Virus record (IMG/VR): IMGVR_UViG_3300037311_000082 | Direction: 5' to 3' (one strand) | Source: a virus | Length of the DNA: 35,744 nt | Shown here: in pieces, positions 13,576-22,847 of the stretch | Layout of the letters: every line of letters begins with the position of its first letter | Position numbering within the stretch: position 1 is the stretch's first letter | Notes under the pieces: model-generated | The model's input: the letters and a program-made list of their open reading frames with translations, nothing else | Told to the model about the DNA's origin: nothing | Database searches by the model: none | Position numbers and translations under genes: made by a program

Positions 13576-15101
13576 GGCAGCGGGACTCCCTGCTGGAAGG
13601 GGAAGGGGATGGCCGAGTAGTCGATGACCACCTCGTCATAGAACTGCCGCATGACGGGCCGGTAGCCGACCTCGGACGGCTGGTTCGTCGGGTAGTTCAT
13701 GAAGCTGATGAGGTTGACGCCCGGCAGGCTGCCGCCGAGGCTGGTCTTCGTGAAGGAGCCCGGGCCGCTGACGGCCACGCCGAGGTTCCAGATGCGCTTC
13801 GGCGGCTGCCCGCGGGGAGCGGCCCAGCAGATGGCGACGTCGCCGCCCGCGCTCGGCACCATGTTGATGTAGAACTCGAAGACCATCCACACCAGCGGCG
13901 TGAAGGGCACGGCGCCGGAGAGCAGCGCGTCGGGGTTCGGCACGGGGAAGCCGCGCGCGTCGGCGTAGTTGGCGGCGGCGTTGGTGCCGATGTACGGCAG
14001 CGGCTCGCGGGCCACGCGGATGTGCCGGCTCGGGCCGAAGACGCGGTTGGCCTCGACGTTCGTCGTGAAGGGCTGCGCCGTGTAGATGGCGTTCTGGTAG
14101 AACCAGTCGTTGTCGCGGCCACCGCTGCCGGCGAGGTAGCGCTCGACGCCGCCAGAGCCGTCGGTGAAGAAGCCCGGGAAGCCGAGCAGCTTGGGCACGT
14201 AGAGCGCGATCTGCCCGCCACCCGTGGTGTCGGTGACGTTGATCGTCATGAGCTTCTGGCCGTCGTCGGTGTTCGTCCGCCGCCAGAAGAGCGCCGCCCG
14301 GTCCAGGGCGATCTCGACCTGGAAGTAGAAGTTGTTCATCCGCGTCGGCGGACGGAAGCTCCAGTTGCCGCCGTTCTGCCCGGCGCGGTCGAAGGTGCGA
14401 ATCTCCAGGCACTTCCCGCCGGAGAGCACCGGGGGCCCGCCGGGGTCGCCACGGTAGAGCTTGTACTCGGCATCGAGCGAGCCGCCCGGCGGCTGGGCCG
14501 CGATGGCGCCCGCCGCGGCCAGTTCGGCGTCGGTGCCGTACTCGGAGAAGTTGAAGGCCATGACGCGGCCCGCCGAGCGCAGCAGCCAGTCGGCCTCGTC
14601 GTCCACCGTGCCGCCACCCCCACCACCAGCGGGCACGACACCGCGGATGATCGGCCGGAAGCGCAGCTCCCGGGCATCGGTCGCTACCGCCACGGGCGTG
14701 CCGTCGTCGACCAGGCGCAGCGCGTTCGCCACCATGCTGCCGGTGGTGCCGGGCGGCAGGATGCGGGTGATGGGGTCGCCGGCCGGCGTCGTCGTCGCCA
14801 GCTCCACGGACTCCACCTCCCAGCCCGGCGGCGGCACGTAGTTCTGCAGGATGGCGACGTCGGTGGTGCCGGGGGCGTTGGATTCCAGCGTGTACGGCGT
14901 GAACTCCAGCCACGAGCCCAGCGCCTCGGGCTGCACGGGCGGCAGCTCGGGGAGCGGCAGCGGCTCGGCCTCCACGAGGCCCGACGCCGTGCCCATGATC
15001 GTGTGCCCGTTGCCGGTGCCGCCGGGGATCGGGTTGAGCTGCGGCTCGAACTCCGTGTTACCGACGGTCTGGCCGCGGCCGGGGGCAGGAGGGTATGGCA
15101 T
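13572..15101 (-). CDS. Tail fibre/spike protein 2 (509 aa) with a conserved N-terminal anchor and a jelly-roll-like C-terminal domain (possible depolymerase)
   Basis: The N-terminus MPYPPAPGRGQTVGNTEFEPQLNPIPGGTGNGHTIMGTA is homologous to the N-terminus of ORF 16515..17363. The C-terminal region (..VWMVFEFYINM..ICWAAP..FMNYPTN..RQFYDEVVIDY) resembles lectin/lyase jelly-rolls (recalled from memory). Confidence 0.65.
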   Translation of the reverse strand: MPYPPAPGRGQTVGNTEFEPQLNPIPGGTGNGHTIMGTASGLVEAEPLPLPELPPVQPEALGSWLEFTPYTLESNAPGTTDVAILQNYVPPPGWEVESVELATTTPAGDPITRILPPGTTGSMVANALRLVDDGTPVAVATDARELRFRPIIRGVVPAGGGGGGTVDDEADWLLRSAGRVMAFNFSEYGTDAELAAAGAIAAQPPGGSLDAEYKLYRGDPGGPPVLSGGKCLEIRTFDRAGQNGGNWSFRPPTRMNNFYFQVEIALDRAALFWRRTNTDDGQKLMTINVTDTTGGGQIALYVPKLLGFPGFFTDGSGGVERYLAGSGGRDNDWFYQNAIYTAQPFTTNVEANRVFGPSRHIRVAREPLPYIGTNAAANYADARGFPVPNPDALLSGAVPFTPLVWMVFEFYINMVPSAGGDVAICWAAPRGQPPKRIWNLGVAVSGPGSFTKTSLGGSLPGVNLISFMNYPTNQPSEVGYRPVMRQFYDEVVIDYSAIPFPFQQGVPLP

Positions 15102-15104
15102 GGC

Positions 15105-16511
15105 CTACCTCGGGGCCCGCCAGGCGCGGGTTCGGGGCGTGCGCCGGACCACGCCGCGGACCTCGTCGAGGGTCTGGTACTTGCTCGGCTGCACGTACCA
15201 GAAGGGCGCGAAGAGCGGGTCCCCCATGGGGGCCTGCAGCGAGAGGGACGCATCGTAGTAAGCGGCCTCGAGCGGCGTCATGCCGGCGAGCAGGAGGTAG
15301 AGCAGCGACCAGCTCGTGGCCGGCGAGGCGGCCGTGCGGTGGGTCACGTCGGTGACGCCCCACGCGGCGCCACGCTGAAGGGAGCGCAGGCTGTACTGGA
15401 AGCCGCCGGAGAGCCCGCCGAGGTACGCGCCGCCGCCCCGCGTGGGCTGGATGGCGTTGGTGTACGGCGCCGTCGTCAGGGGGTTCTCGTTGTCGGAGCA
15501 GTCGTAATGCACCATCGCGGGGTAGCCGACGACGGCCCCGCTGTCGAAGTCGGGGTCCGTGAAGGCCTCATCGGGGCCACCCGCCGGGCACAGCGTCGCG
15601 GCGAGCCCGCTCGGCGCCTGCCGCCAGAAGTACTTGGCCCAGAAGCCCCACTCCTTGAGGCGCGTGTACATGGACGCGCTCGTCGCGAGGTAGCCGCTGA
15701 ACTCGCGGACGCCGACGAGGATGGGCCCGCTCTGCACGTCCTGGCCGTAGGCGGCATCCGCGGCGTCGGTCGCGCCGAGGGCGTTGGCGGCCGTCTCGAG
15801 GCCATCGGCCGAGGTCCAGCCCGTGTACCCGATGCGGCCGGCAGGGATGACCGGGGAGCCCGCCGACAGGGTCTGCGTGGCGAGCACGGTCGCCAGCCGG
15901 GTGTTCGTGGCCGTGGGCCCGAAGAGGTCGGAGAGCTGCGTGACCGGCGACATGGTGGCGTCATTGCCAACGCCGAGGAAGTCCCACACGAAGCCGTTCC
16001 AGAGCGGGGTCGGCGGGACAAGGTTGGCAACCGGCGTGCCCGACCACCGCACGTTGGTGACGGTGGGGTCGGCGGTGACGGCCAGGAAGCCGCCGCGCGC
16101 CGCCACGCGGGCCGCGAAGCTCCGCGCCCCCGCGGCGAGCAGGGCCAGCGGCGCATTCGCGGTGGCCGTCGGGGCGAGATAGCCCGTGCCCTGCACAAAG
16201 ACGCCGCGCACGACGATGCCGTTGGGGCAGCCCGGCGCGATGAGCACGCCGACTGCCCCGACCTGCGCGTACTTCGCCGCCAGCGGGTCGACGATGGCGG
16301 TACTGATCGCCGCGTTGTCGCCCGGGTCGAAGGCCACGTCCGACGTGCCCAGCGACAGCGGGATGATGTTGGCGAGCGGAATCCCGCGCCGGCGGCAGTA
16401 GGCCTCCGCCGCCGGCACGGAATAGGCCTCGCTGCTGTTGGCGAGGACGACGAGCCGCTTCCGGTCGATGGGCCGGAAGTCGAACGTCCGCGGGTGGCCG
16501 ACGACGGGCAC
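15105..16511 (-). CDS. Tail-module protein of unknown function (468 aa); possibly a TIGR03790-family-like enzyme
   Basis: Listed ORF. LVVLANSSEAYSVPAAEAYCRRRGIPLANIIPL near the N-terminus and GDPLFAPFW near the C-terminus resemble, from memory, the uncharacterized exosortase-associated TIGR03790 family. It lies between the two fibre genes. Confidence 0.55.
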   Translation of the reverse strand: MPVVGHPRTFDFRPIDRKRLVVLANSSEAYSVPAAEAYCRRRGIPLANIIPLSLGTSDVAFDPGDNAAISTAIVDPLAAKYAQVGAVGVLIAPGCPNGIVVRGVFVQGTGYLAPTATANAPLALLAAGARSFAARVAARGGFLAVTADPTVTNVRWSGTPVANLVPPTPLWNGFVWDFLGVGNDATMSPVTQLSDLFGPTATNTRLATVLATQTLSAGSPVIPAGRIGYTGWTSADGLETAANALGATDAADAAYGQDVQSGPILVGVREFSGYLATSASMYTRLKEWGFWAKYFWRQAPSGLAATLCPAGGPDEAFTDPDFDSGAVVGYPAMVHYDCSDNENPLTTAPYTNAIQPTRGGGAYLGGLSGGFQYSLRSLQRGAAWGVTDVTHRTAASPATSWSLLYLLLAGMTPLEAAYYDASLSLQAPMGDPLFAPFWYVQPSKYQTLDEVRGVVRRTPRTRAWRAPR

Positions 16512-16514
16512 GGG

Positions 16515-17363
16515 TTATGTCGCGTCCGTCACGCTGCCCGTGAGGGTCCACGTCCCGGTGCCGTCGCCCTGGTTGAAGCCGTCGTTCCAACCCTGCGCCG
16601 TGTTGCCGGCCATGGCGTCGGCCTGCTGGGTGTCGCCGAAGCCGATGGCGGGGCGGCCCGTGGGGTTCGACAGGTTGGTGCCGAGGTTCTTCGCCGGGAA
16701 GAAGGCCGCGGGGTCGGTGATGAGCTGGCCGAAGTCGAACCATGCCAGCCCGAGGCGGCCCGTCATCCGCTGGATGCCGCCCGGCGTGCCGCCGATGCTC
16801 CACGCCGTCGGCGCCGGCATATCGGCGGTGCCGAGCAGCGCGCCCACGACAGTCTGCGGCTGGCCGTTGAGCCACGCCTGCAGCAGGTTGGGGTTCGACC
16901 GGATGGCGACGTGCAGCACGTAGTCGTTGCCGGGCACGATGCCACCCGCGGGCACGATGGTCGCGCCGGCCACGCCGGCATTCGAGAAGTTGGTCGGCGA
17001 GTTGAGGGTTACGCTGCCGTCGACGTTGACGTTGAACAGCCCCAGCGGGGCGCTGCTGGTCTGGCCGATGAGCGTCTGCAACGTCGCCAGCGAGGTCAGG
17101 CGAAACGCCACGGCGGCCGTCATCGAGCCGTTCGCGGCCAGCCCGAGGTTCGTGGCGTTGCTGAGCTGCGTGGAGCCGTTGAACGCCACCTGCCGGTAGG
17201 CGTAGGCGTAGGGGTCCATGGGCGCGCCGATCATGCCGAGATCGTTCGCCGTGCCGCGGATCGTGTGGGCATTGCCCACGCCGCCGGGGATTCCAAGCCG
17301 CTGCGTCTCCAACGCCGTCCCCGGCGTCGTCTGGCCGCGCGCGTTCGCACTCGGGTAAGGCAT
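16515..17363 (-). CDS. Tail fibre protein 1 (282 aa): conserved N-terminal anchor plus LamG/concanavalin-like lectin domain
   Basis: N-terminus MPYPSANARGQTTPGTALETQRLGIPGGVGNAHTIRGTA. The remainder has a LamG-like pattern (..MTAAVAFRLTS..LFNVNVDGSVTL..YVLHVAIRSN..AWLNGQP..GRLGLAWFDFG). Confidence 0.65.
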   Translation of the reverse strand: MPYPSANARGQTTPGTALETQRLGIPGGVGNAHTIRGTANDLGMIGAPMDPYAYAYRQVAFNGSTQLSNATNLGLAANGSMTAAVAFRLTSLATLQTLIGQTSSAPLGLFNVNVDGSVTLNSPTNFSNAGVAGATIVPAGGIVPGNDYVLHVAIRSNPNLLQAWLNGQPQTVVGALLGTADMPAPTAWSIGGTPGGIQRMTGRLGLAWFDFGQLITDPAAFFPAKNLGTNLSNPTGRPAIGFGDTQQADAMAGNTAQGWNDGFNQGDGTGTWTLTGSVTDAT

Positions 17364-17378
17364 TGTCGTCTCTCCTGG

Positions 17379-20165
17379 TTAGAACCGTGGTACGCCGCCG
17401 GCGCGCTGCTGACGCTCGCGCTCCCGGCCCTGCTCGATGAATGCCGGCGGGGGCGACACCGGCCGCACGTTGGCCTGCCCCTCCAGCACCGCCTGCTCGA
17501 TCTGCACGCGGTAGCGCTCGATGAACGTCGCGCGCCCCGCGGCCATGCCCTGCGTGAGCGCCGCCGACAGGATGTCGCCCCGCGTGAAGGCGCCCTCCGC
17601 GGCCTGCGCGCCCCCGATGGGCGCCTTCCGGTACTCGCCGGCACCGATCACCGACTTGACGGCCTTGCGCCGCTCGGCGCCCACCGCCTGCCGGTACTCG
17701 TGGCACGCCCAGCCCGGGCCCTTGCCGGTGTCCAGCGCGTGCAGGTCCACCGCGACGCCATCAACCGAGAACTCGCAGCCCACCGCCGACGGCGCCACGC
17801 CGTTCTGCGCGAGCGCATAGGTCGCGTCGTCGTCCTTGTACCGGGCCATGAAGAACGGGCTCACCATGTCGGGGCCGATGTAGTCCTGCCCCTGCAGGGG
17901 CTCGCCCCAGAAGTCGAGCTTCGGCGGCAGGTCCTCGTAGAAGTCCGGGATGGGGATCGTGCTGCGCACGTAGGCGGCGGCGTTCTCCAGCGGCCCGCCG
18001 ACCTGCGTCTCGCGCGGCACGCCGTCCACCTCCTGCGTCACCGTCCGCAGCAGCGAGGAGTACGGCACGAAAGACTGCGCGAGCCGGCCGAGGAAGTTCG
18101 TGCTCCCGCCGCTCTGCGCCGCCGACATGGCGTCCATGAGGTCGGACAGCCCGGTGAGCATGGTCTTGTCCTGCATCACCTCGGCGAGCGCCGCCGTCAT
18201 CACGACCAGGATGTGCTCGCGCTGCTTGTCGCTGGTCGCATAGCGGTAGGCGTCCGCCATCTCGGCAATCGAGGCCAGCGGCGTGGCAATCGGGTCCATG
18301 CGCTGGTAGCTCAGGGCGCCCTCGGGGCCGCCGAGGATGTAGGGCTTCCAGCCGAGCTTCTCGTAGACCTTGCGGAGCTGCGGGTTCGGCGGGCCGGAGC
18401 CGGACAGGCTGCCGTCCATGGTCGCGCTGATCGCCCACACCGCCACCGCCGAGCCCAGCACGGCCCGCGCCATGGCCTCGTCGCGCTTCGCCCCACCGGC
18501 CTGCACCGACCGCCAGAAGTTCGGCGCCGTGAAGAAGATGGGCGAGCGCTCGACCGCGTAGCTCAGGATGTTGGCCGGCGTCCGGTAGAACGGCACGATG
18601 AGCCGGAACGTCGGGCTTGCCCGGTGCATCGACGCCAGGCCCTTGCCGAAGTCGCTGGCGATGTCGTCGGTGAAGGTCTGGTAGCGCGCGAAGTCCAGCG
18701 ACTGCCGGTAGATGTCCTGGAAGGTGCGCTCCTCCGCCGACAGCCGGCCGGCGAACTCAAGGGCGAGGTCATCGCCCGTCAGGCCGTCGGCGCCGAGCTT
18801 CTCCAGCAGCTTCTCCTGGTTGGGGCCGGCGAGAATCTCCTCGATGCGGGCGCCGATGGCCTTGCCGTCGGTGAGCCCCTCCTGCCGGGCGACGCGGTAG
18901 GCGAGCGCCCGCGCCTGCTGGTTGAAGGCGAGGGTCTTGTAGAACTCGTCGGCCGCCGTCAGGGCCCGGCCCGGGGCGCTCACGAAGGACGCCGCGTAGT
19001 CGTAGGCCGTCGCCATGGGGCTGTCGTGCGGCAGGCCGTACTTGCTGGCGCTCTCCACGGCGCCGCCCGCGCTCTCGACCTTCGTGCCGCCGAAGACGCT
19101 GTCCCCGGTCTTCGCGGCCTTGCCGGCGAGGCGCAGCGCGTCGGTGAGGTTCATCACGTCGCCGTAGAACATCTCGGCGACTTCCTGCGGGAACACCTGC
19201 CCGGAGCCCACCGTCTGGCTGATGACGCCGGCCAGCGCTCGCTCGGGCATCGACAGCACGTTGACCACCGCGTTGCTCGCCGCGTTGACGACGTGGGTCC
19301 GCGGCCCCGAGAGCAGCGACATGGTCCGGTAGTAGACGAGCTTCTCCGCGGCCCGGCCCAGCCAGCCGACGGAGCCCGCCTTCTTGCTGGCCTCCTCCAC
19401 GGTCTTGGCGCGGCCGATGGTCACCGCCTTCTGAAAGATGGCATCGGGCCCGCCGCCGAGTCGCGCGGCCTCGAAGATGGCCTGAGGGTCGAGCCGGTCG
19501 GGCACCGCCTTCAGGGCGTTCAGCGCCCGCGCCGTGTCCCGGGTCGCGCCCTGCACCGACGACTGCAGCGCGATGTGCCGGTACAGCGCCCGCTGGTACT
19601 CCACGAGGTCGAGGTCGGACACCCCGCCCCGGCCTCGGGTCTCAAGCTGCCGGCCCCACTCCTGCAGGTTCTCGGCGCTCGCCACCATGAGCTGCCGGGC
19701 CTTCGTAAGCTGGGCGTCGTTCAGCGTCTGCCCGGGCTTCCGCTTCATGAGCATGCCGAGCATGGTCCGGTCGTCGATGGCCGCCGCCTCCTCGCGGACC
19801 GTGGCGAGGTTGCGCGGCTTGTAGCCGGCGTTCTGGGTCGCGATGCTGACGGCGTCGAGGACCTGGTCGACGCCATCCGGGGTGTCGAGCCGGTCGAGGT
19901 TGATGTTCCGGTACGGGGTCCGCGGGTCGCCGAGCGGCTGCGGGGCCGTCTGCCGGCCGAGGACGGCGGCGGCGTCGGAGGCCGAGGCCAGCGGGGCGCC
20001 CGCCGGGGTCTGGCCGGCCTCCACCATGCGCTCGGTGGCCGTGGGCGCGGGGGCCTGCGGCGGCGGGGTGGCCTCGGGCGGCGGGGCGTCCGGCGGAGCC
20101 GCGCCCTCCGGCTTCACCGGCGGCGGCTCGGGCTTGCGGAGGGTCGGGCGGGGGATGCGGGCCAT
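17379..20165 (-). CDS. Large internal virion / DNA-ejection-type protein (928 aa; positional analogue of T7 gp16)
   Basis: Listed ORF 17379..20807, trimmed to MARIPRPTLRK (ATG 20165, TAATG overlap). The upstream 214 codons are Arg-rich and overlap the real gene 20165..20920. Size and position, between the tail tube and the fibres, support the call. Confidence 0.6.
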   Translation of the reverse strand: MARIPRPTLRKPEPPPVKPEGAAPPDAPPPEATPPPQAPAPTATERMVEAGQTPAGAPLASASDAAAVLGRQTAPQPLGDPRTPYRNINLDRLDTPDGVDQVLDAVSIATQNAGYKPRNLATVREEAAAIDDRTMLGMLMKRKPGQTLNDAQLTKARQLMVASAENLQEWGRQLETRGRGGVSDLDLVEYQRALYRHIALQSSVQGATRDTARALNALKAVPDRLDPQAIFEAARLGGGPDAIFQKAVTIGRAKTVEEASKKAGSVGWLGRAAEKLVYYRTMSLLSGPRTHVVNAASNAVVNVLSMPERALAGVISQTVGSGQVFPQEVAEMFYGDVMNLTDALRLAGKAAKTGDSVFGGTKVESAGGAVESASKYGLPHDSPMATAYDYAASFVSAPGRALTAADEFYKTLAFNQQARALAYRVARQEGLTDGKAIGARIEEILAGPNQEKLLEKLGADGLTGDDLALEFAGRLSAEERTFQDIYRQSLDFARYQTFTDDIASDFGKGLASMHRASPTFRLIVPFYRTPANILSYAVERSPIFFTAPNFWRSVQAGGAKRDEAMARAVLGSAVAVWAISATMDGSLSGSGPPNPQLRKVYEKLGWKPYILGGPEGALSYQRMDPIATPLASIAEMADAYRYATSDKQREHILVVMTAALAEVMQDKTMLTGLSDLMDAMSAAQSGGSTNFLGRLAQSFVPYSSLLRTVTQEVDGVPRETQVGGPLENAAAYVRSTIPIPDFYEDLPPKLDFWGEPLQGQDYIGPDMVSPFFMARYKDDDATYALAQNGVAPSAVGCEFSVDGVAVDLHALDTGKGPGWACHEYRQAVGAERRKAVKSVIGAGEYRKAPIGGAQAAEGAFTRGDILSAALTQGMAAGRATFIERYRVQIEQAVLEGQANVRPVSPPPAFIEQGRERERQQRAGGVPRF

Positions 20166-20920
20166 TACGGGCTCCCGGCCGGGGCAGGCGCGGCGGCCTC
20201 CGCCGGCGGCTTCTTGAGCGCGGTCACGAAGTCCCCCGCCATGTCGGGCCAGCGCCGAAGCCCCGCCCGCACGCCGCGGAACACCGGGGCGAGCAGGCCG
20301 AGGCCGGCACCCTCCACGGCCGCCCGCAGGCTGGCGTCGAACTCGTCGTCGGCCAGCTCGCCGGACAGCGACTGCGTCAGCAGGTTGTCGATGCCGAGCC
20401 CGCGCGCCACGTCGGCGAGCGTCCCGGTCTTGTTCTCGAACGCCATCATGTCGGCGAAGGCGCCCGCCCCCATCTCGCCGAGGATCGTCGAGCCGCCCAG
20501 GGACGCCACGGCGGGGCCGTACAGCGTGAGGAAGGTCGTGAGGCCCCGCGCCATGCCGCCGGGCAGGCCCTCCTGCCGGGGGCCCTCGGGCAGCATCCGG
20601 CCCGACGGCAGGTCGCGGAACACCTGCATGGGCTGGCCGTAGAAGCCAGCGCCGCCGCCCGTAACCCGGGAGACGACTTCGTTGGCCGCCCCGCCTGCCT
20701 TGCGGGTCAGGGTGTCGATGGCGTCCACGGGGCCCATAAGCGCTCCCGTGACAACGTCGCGGACCGTGGTGCTGGCGGCGTCCACGGCCTCTGGCGAGAA
20801 GCCCCACGCCGGGGCCGGGCCGGCCGGAGCCTTCTGCCGCGCCGCCGCCGCCATGTCGGCCTGCGCCGCCTCGGTGTACGGGCGGGACCGGATGCGCTCG
20901 AAGTAGGTCTGCTCGGCCAT
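20165..20920 (-). CDS. Internal virion-type protein (251 aa)
   Basis: Listed ORF with balanced composition, coupled to both neighbours. Function is inferred from position only. Confidence 0.55.
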   Translation of the reverse strand: MAEQTYFERIRSRPYTEAAQADMAAAARQKAPAGPAPAWGFSPEAVDAASTTVRDVVTGALMGPVDAIDTLTRKAGGAANEVVSRVTGGGAGFYGQPMQVFRDLPSGRMLPEGPRQEGLPGGMARGLTTFLTLYGPAVASLGGSTILGEMGAGAFADMMAFENKTGTLADVARGLGIDNLLTQSLSGELADDEFDASLRAAVEGAGLGLLAPVFRGVRAGLRRWPDMAGDFVTALKKPPAEAAAPAPAGSP

Positions 20921-22410
20921 CAGTCGGAGAGCCCCAGCTCGCGGTAGATTTCCTCGACCTTGGCCGGCGTCCAGCCGTTGGCCTGCGCCTGCTTCATGAC
21001 CGCCGCCCGGGTGGCCGAGACGTCGGTGTTGCCGGGGCCCGCCGGCTGGCCCTTGTTCTTCGGCACCCGCAGGTAGTCGAAGCCGCCCGCCGAGGTGTCG
21101 GCGATGGTCTCGGCGCGCTTCATGTACTTGGGCAGGTTGGCGTCATACCAACCCTGCGCGTCGAAGGCCGGGCCCGCCTTGAGGGCGGCGCTCGTGAAGG
21201 CGCGCTCCCACTCAAGGGCCAGGGCCGCGCGCTCGCCGGCCTCCTTGCCCTTGAACATCGACAGGATCTGCTCGCTGGGCACGCCCTTGTTGATCGACCG
21301 CGCGCCGAGGCTGACCAGCGAGTCCCGGACGGGGTCGCGGAACGCCGACGCGGCGGCCGTCGTCACGTCCTGCACCAGTCCGCGCGCGGTCTGCTCGCTG
21401 ATCCGGCCGGCCTCGCGCTCCCGGAGGATGGTGTCGATGGCGTTGCCCCGGTTCTCGGTGCCCGCCGCCACGGCCGCCAGTGCCCGGGAGGCCGTCGACA
21501 CACCGGCCGGCGTGTCCTCGCCCTCCAGCATGGCGGTGCGCTTCGCCTTGTTGAGCTGCGCGCGGTCCTCCGGGGTGACGTTCAGCCGGGCAATGTCGGC
21601 CAGCGACAGGGTGTCGAGCTGCGCCCACGCCGTCGCGGCGGTCTCCTCCTTGCCCTGCTTCAGCACGGCCGCGGTGTCGCGCTCGCGGCGCTCGGCCTCG
21701 GCGCTGATGGTCCGCGCGAGGGTGTTCCGGCGGGCCGGCGGCAGGCGGTCGTCGCCGAGCACGAGCTCGATGGTCGTCGTGAGGTCAACCTTCGAGTCCG
21801 GCCGAATCTGGTTCAGGTAGTTGCTCTCGACGGCGGTCTGCTCAAGGGTCTGCGACCGGGTCACGTAGTCGGCCACCGTGTAGAGGCCGGAGTCCAGCCC
21901 GCGATTCAGCGCCGCCTGCGCGGCCTCGTAGTTGCCGGCGTTCACGTACTGCTGCGCCTCGAAGTCCGTCAGCGCCTTGCCGCGGTCGACCATGAGCTTC
22001 CGCTGCTGGCCGACCACCTCCACGCCGGCCTGCGACACCAGCAGGCGCCGCCGCTGCTCGTACTCGTTGCGCGAGTCCCGCCAGCCGATGGCCGGCTTCG
22101 TCGCGAGGATGTCGCGCTGCTTGCGCTCCCACTCCTCCTTCAGCACGTCCGCCGTCGGTCGACCGTCGATCTCCGGCTGCTGCCAGCGCGGGTCGCCGAC
22201 GAACTCGTTGAGCTGCGCCTGCAGGTCGGCGAGCGCCGCCCCGGCGGCGGCCTGCCCCTCCGCCTGCTGGATGCGCGCCGTGACCTGGGCCGTGGCATCC
22301 AGCCCGCGCGCGAAGGCATCCGCCATGGCCCCAGCGCCCGCGGCGGCGCTCGCCGGGCTCTCGGCGGCGACCGTCGGCAGGGTGCGGTTCTGGTAGCGGG
22401 GCAGTTCCAT
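20920..22410 (-). CDS. Internal virion-type protein (496 aa; gp15-like position)
   Basis: Listed ORF, helical and Ala/Glu/Arg-rich but balanced. Function is inferred from position only. Confidence 0.55.
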   Translation of the reverse strand: MELPRYQNRTLPTVAAESPASAAAGAGAMADAFARGLDATAQVTARIQQAEGQAAAGAALADLQAQLNEFVGDPRWQQPEIDGRPTADVLKEEWERKQRDILATKPAIGWRDSRNEYEQRRRLLVSQAGVEVVGQQRKLMVDRGKALTDFEAQQYVNAGNYEAAQAALNRGLDSGLYTVADYVTRSQTLEQTAVESNYLNQIRPDSKVDLTTTIELVLGDDRLPPARRNTLARTISAEAERRERDTAAVLKQGKEETAATAWAQLDTLSLADIARLNVTPEDRAQLNKAKRTAMLEGEDTPAGVSTASRALAAVAAGTENRGNAIDTILREREAGRISEQTARGLVQDVTTAAASAFRDPVRDSLVSLGARSINKGVPSEQILSMFKGKEAGERAALALEWERAFTSAALKAGPAFDAQGWYDANLPKYMKRAETIADTSAGGFDYLRVPKNKGQPAGPGNTDVSATRAAVMKQAQANGWTPAKVEEIYRELGLSD

Positions 22411-22411
22411 C

Positions 22412-22846
22412 TCAGGTCTTCTTGAAGAGGCCCGACTGGTAGGCCAGCGACGCTGCCGAGCTCAGGCCCGAGAACAGGTTGGCGAGGCCCTGCGCGCTCG
22501 CCTGCGCGGCCACGGAGTCGCCCTGCGCCAGCGTCGCCCGCACCTTCGAGGCGCCCACGCTGCGCGTGATGACGCGCTCGCGCTCGAACTCCCGGGCCTG
22601 CTCGGCGAGGATCGCCAGCACCGACCCCGAGCCGACCACGGACCCCGAGCCCGCGGCCCGCGCCAGCGTGGTCCCGCGCAGGCTTTTCTCCTCCTGGTCG
22701 ATCTGCAGGAGCCGCTCGCGGGTGACGACCTTCTCCTGCCGGCTGGCCTCCGCCGCGGCGCGCTTGGCGGCCTTCGAGGCCCGCCGCCCGCCGACGAAGG
22801 ACGTCACCGCGCTGAAGACTGCAAGCCCTGCGCCTACTGCGGCCAT
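22412..22846 (-). CDS. Small virion protein with N-terminal hydrophobic segment (144 aa)
   Basis: Listed ORF: MAAVGAGLAVFSAVTSFVGG.. It sits directly after tail tubular B. Confidence 0.55.
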   Translation of the reverse strand: MAAVGAGLAVFSAVTSFVGGRRASKAAKRAAAEASRQEKVVTRERLLQIDQEEKSLRGTTLARAAGSGSVVGSGSVLAILAEQAREFERERVITRSVGASKVRATLAQGDSVAAQASAQGLANLFSGLSSAASLAYQSGLFKKT

Positions 22847-22847
22847 C

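Noticed and set aside
14022-20642. Giant 2,206-aa plus-strand ORF spanning the tail region
   Set aside because: It is extremely Arg/Ala/Gly/Pro/Val-rich and lies antisense to a continuous series of well-formed minus-strand structural genes. This is the classic stop-free antisense frame of high-GC DNA. The same reasoning applies to 12046..13620, 22479..24932, 25488..26939 and 28439..29974 on the plus strand, and to many nested Arg-rich minus-frame ORFs.
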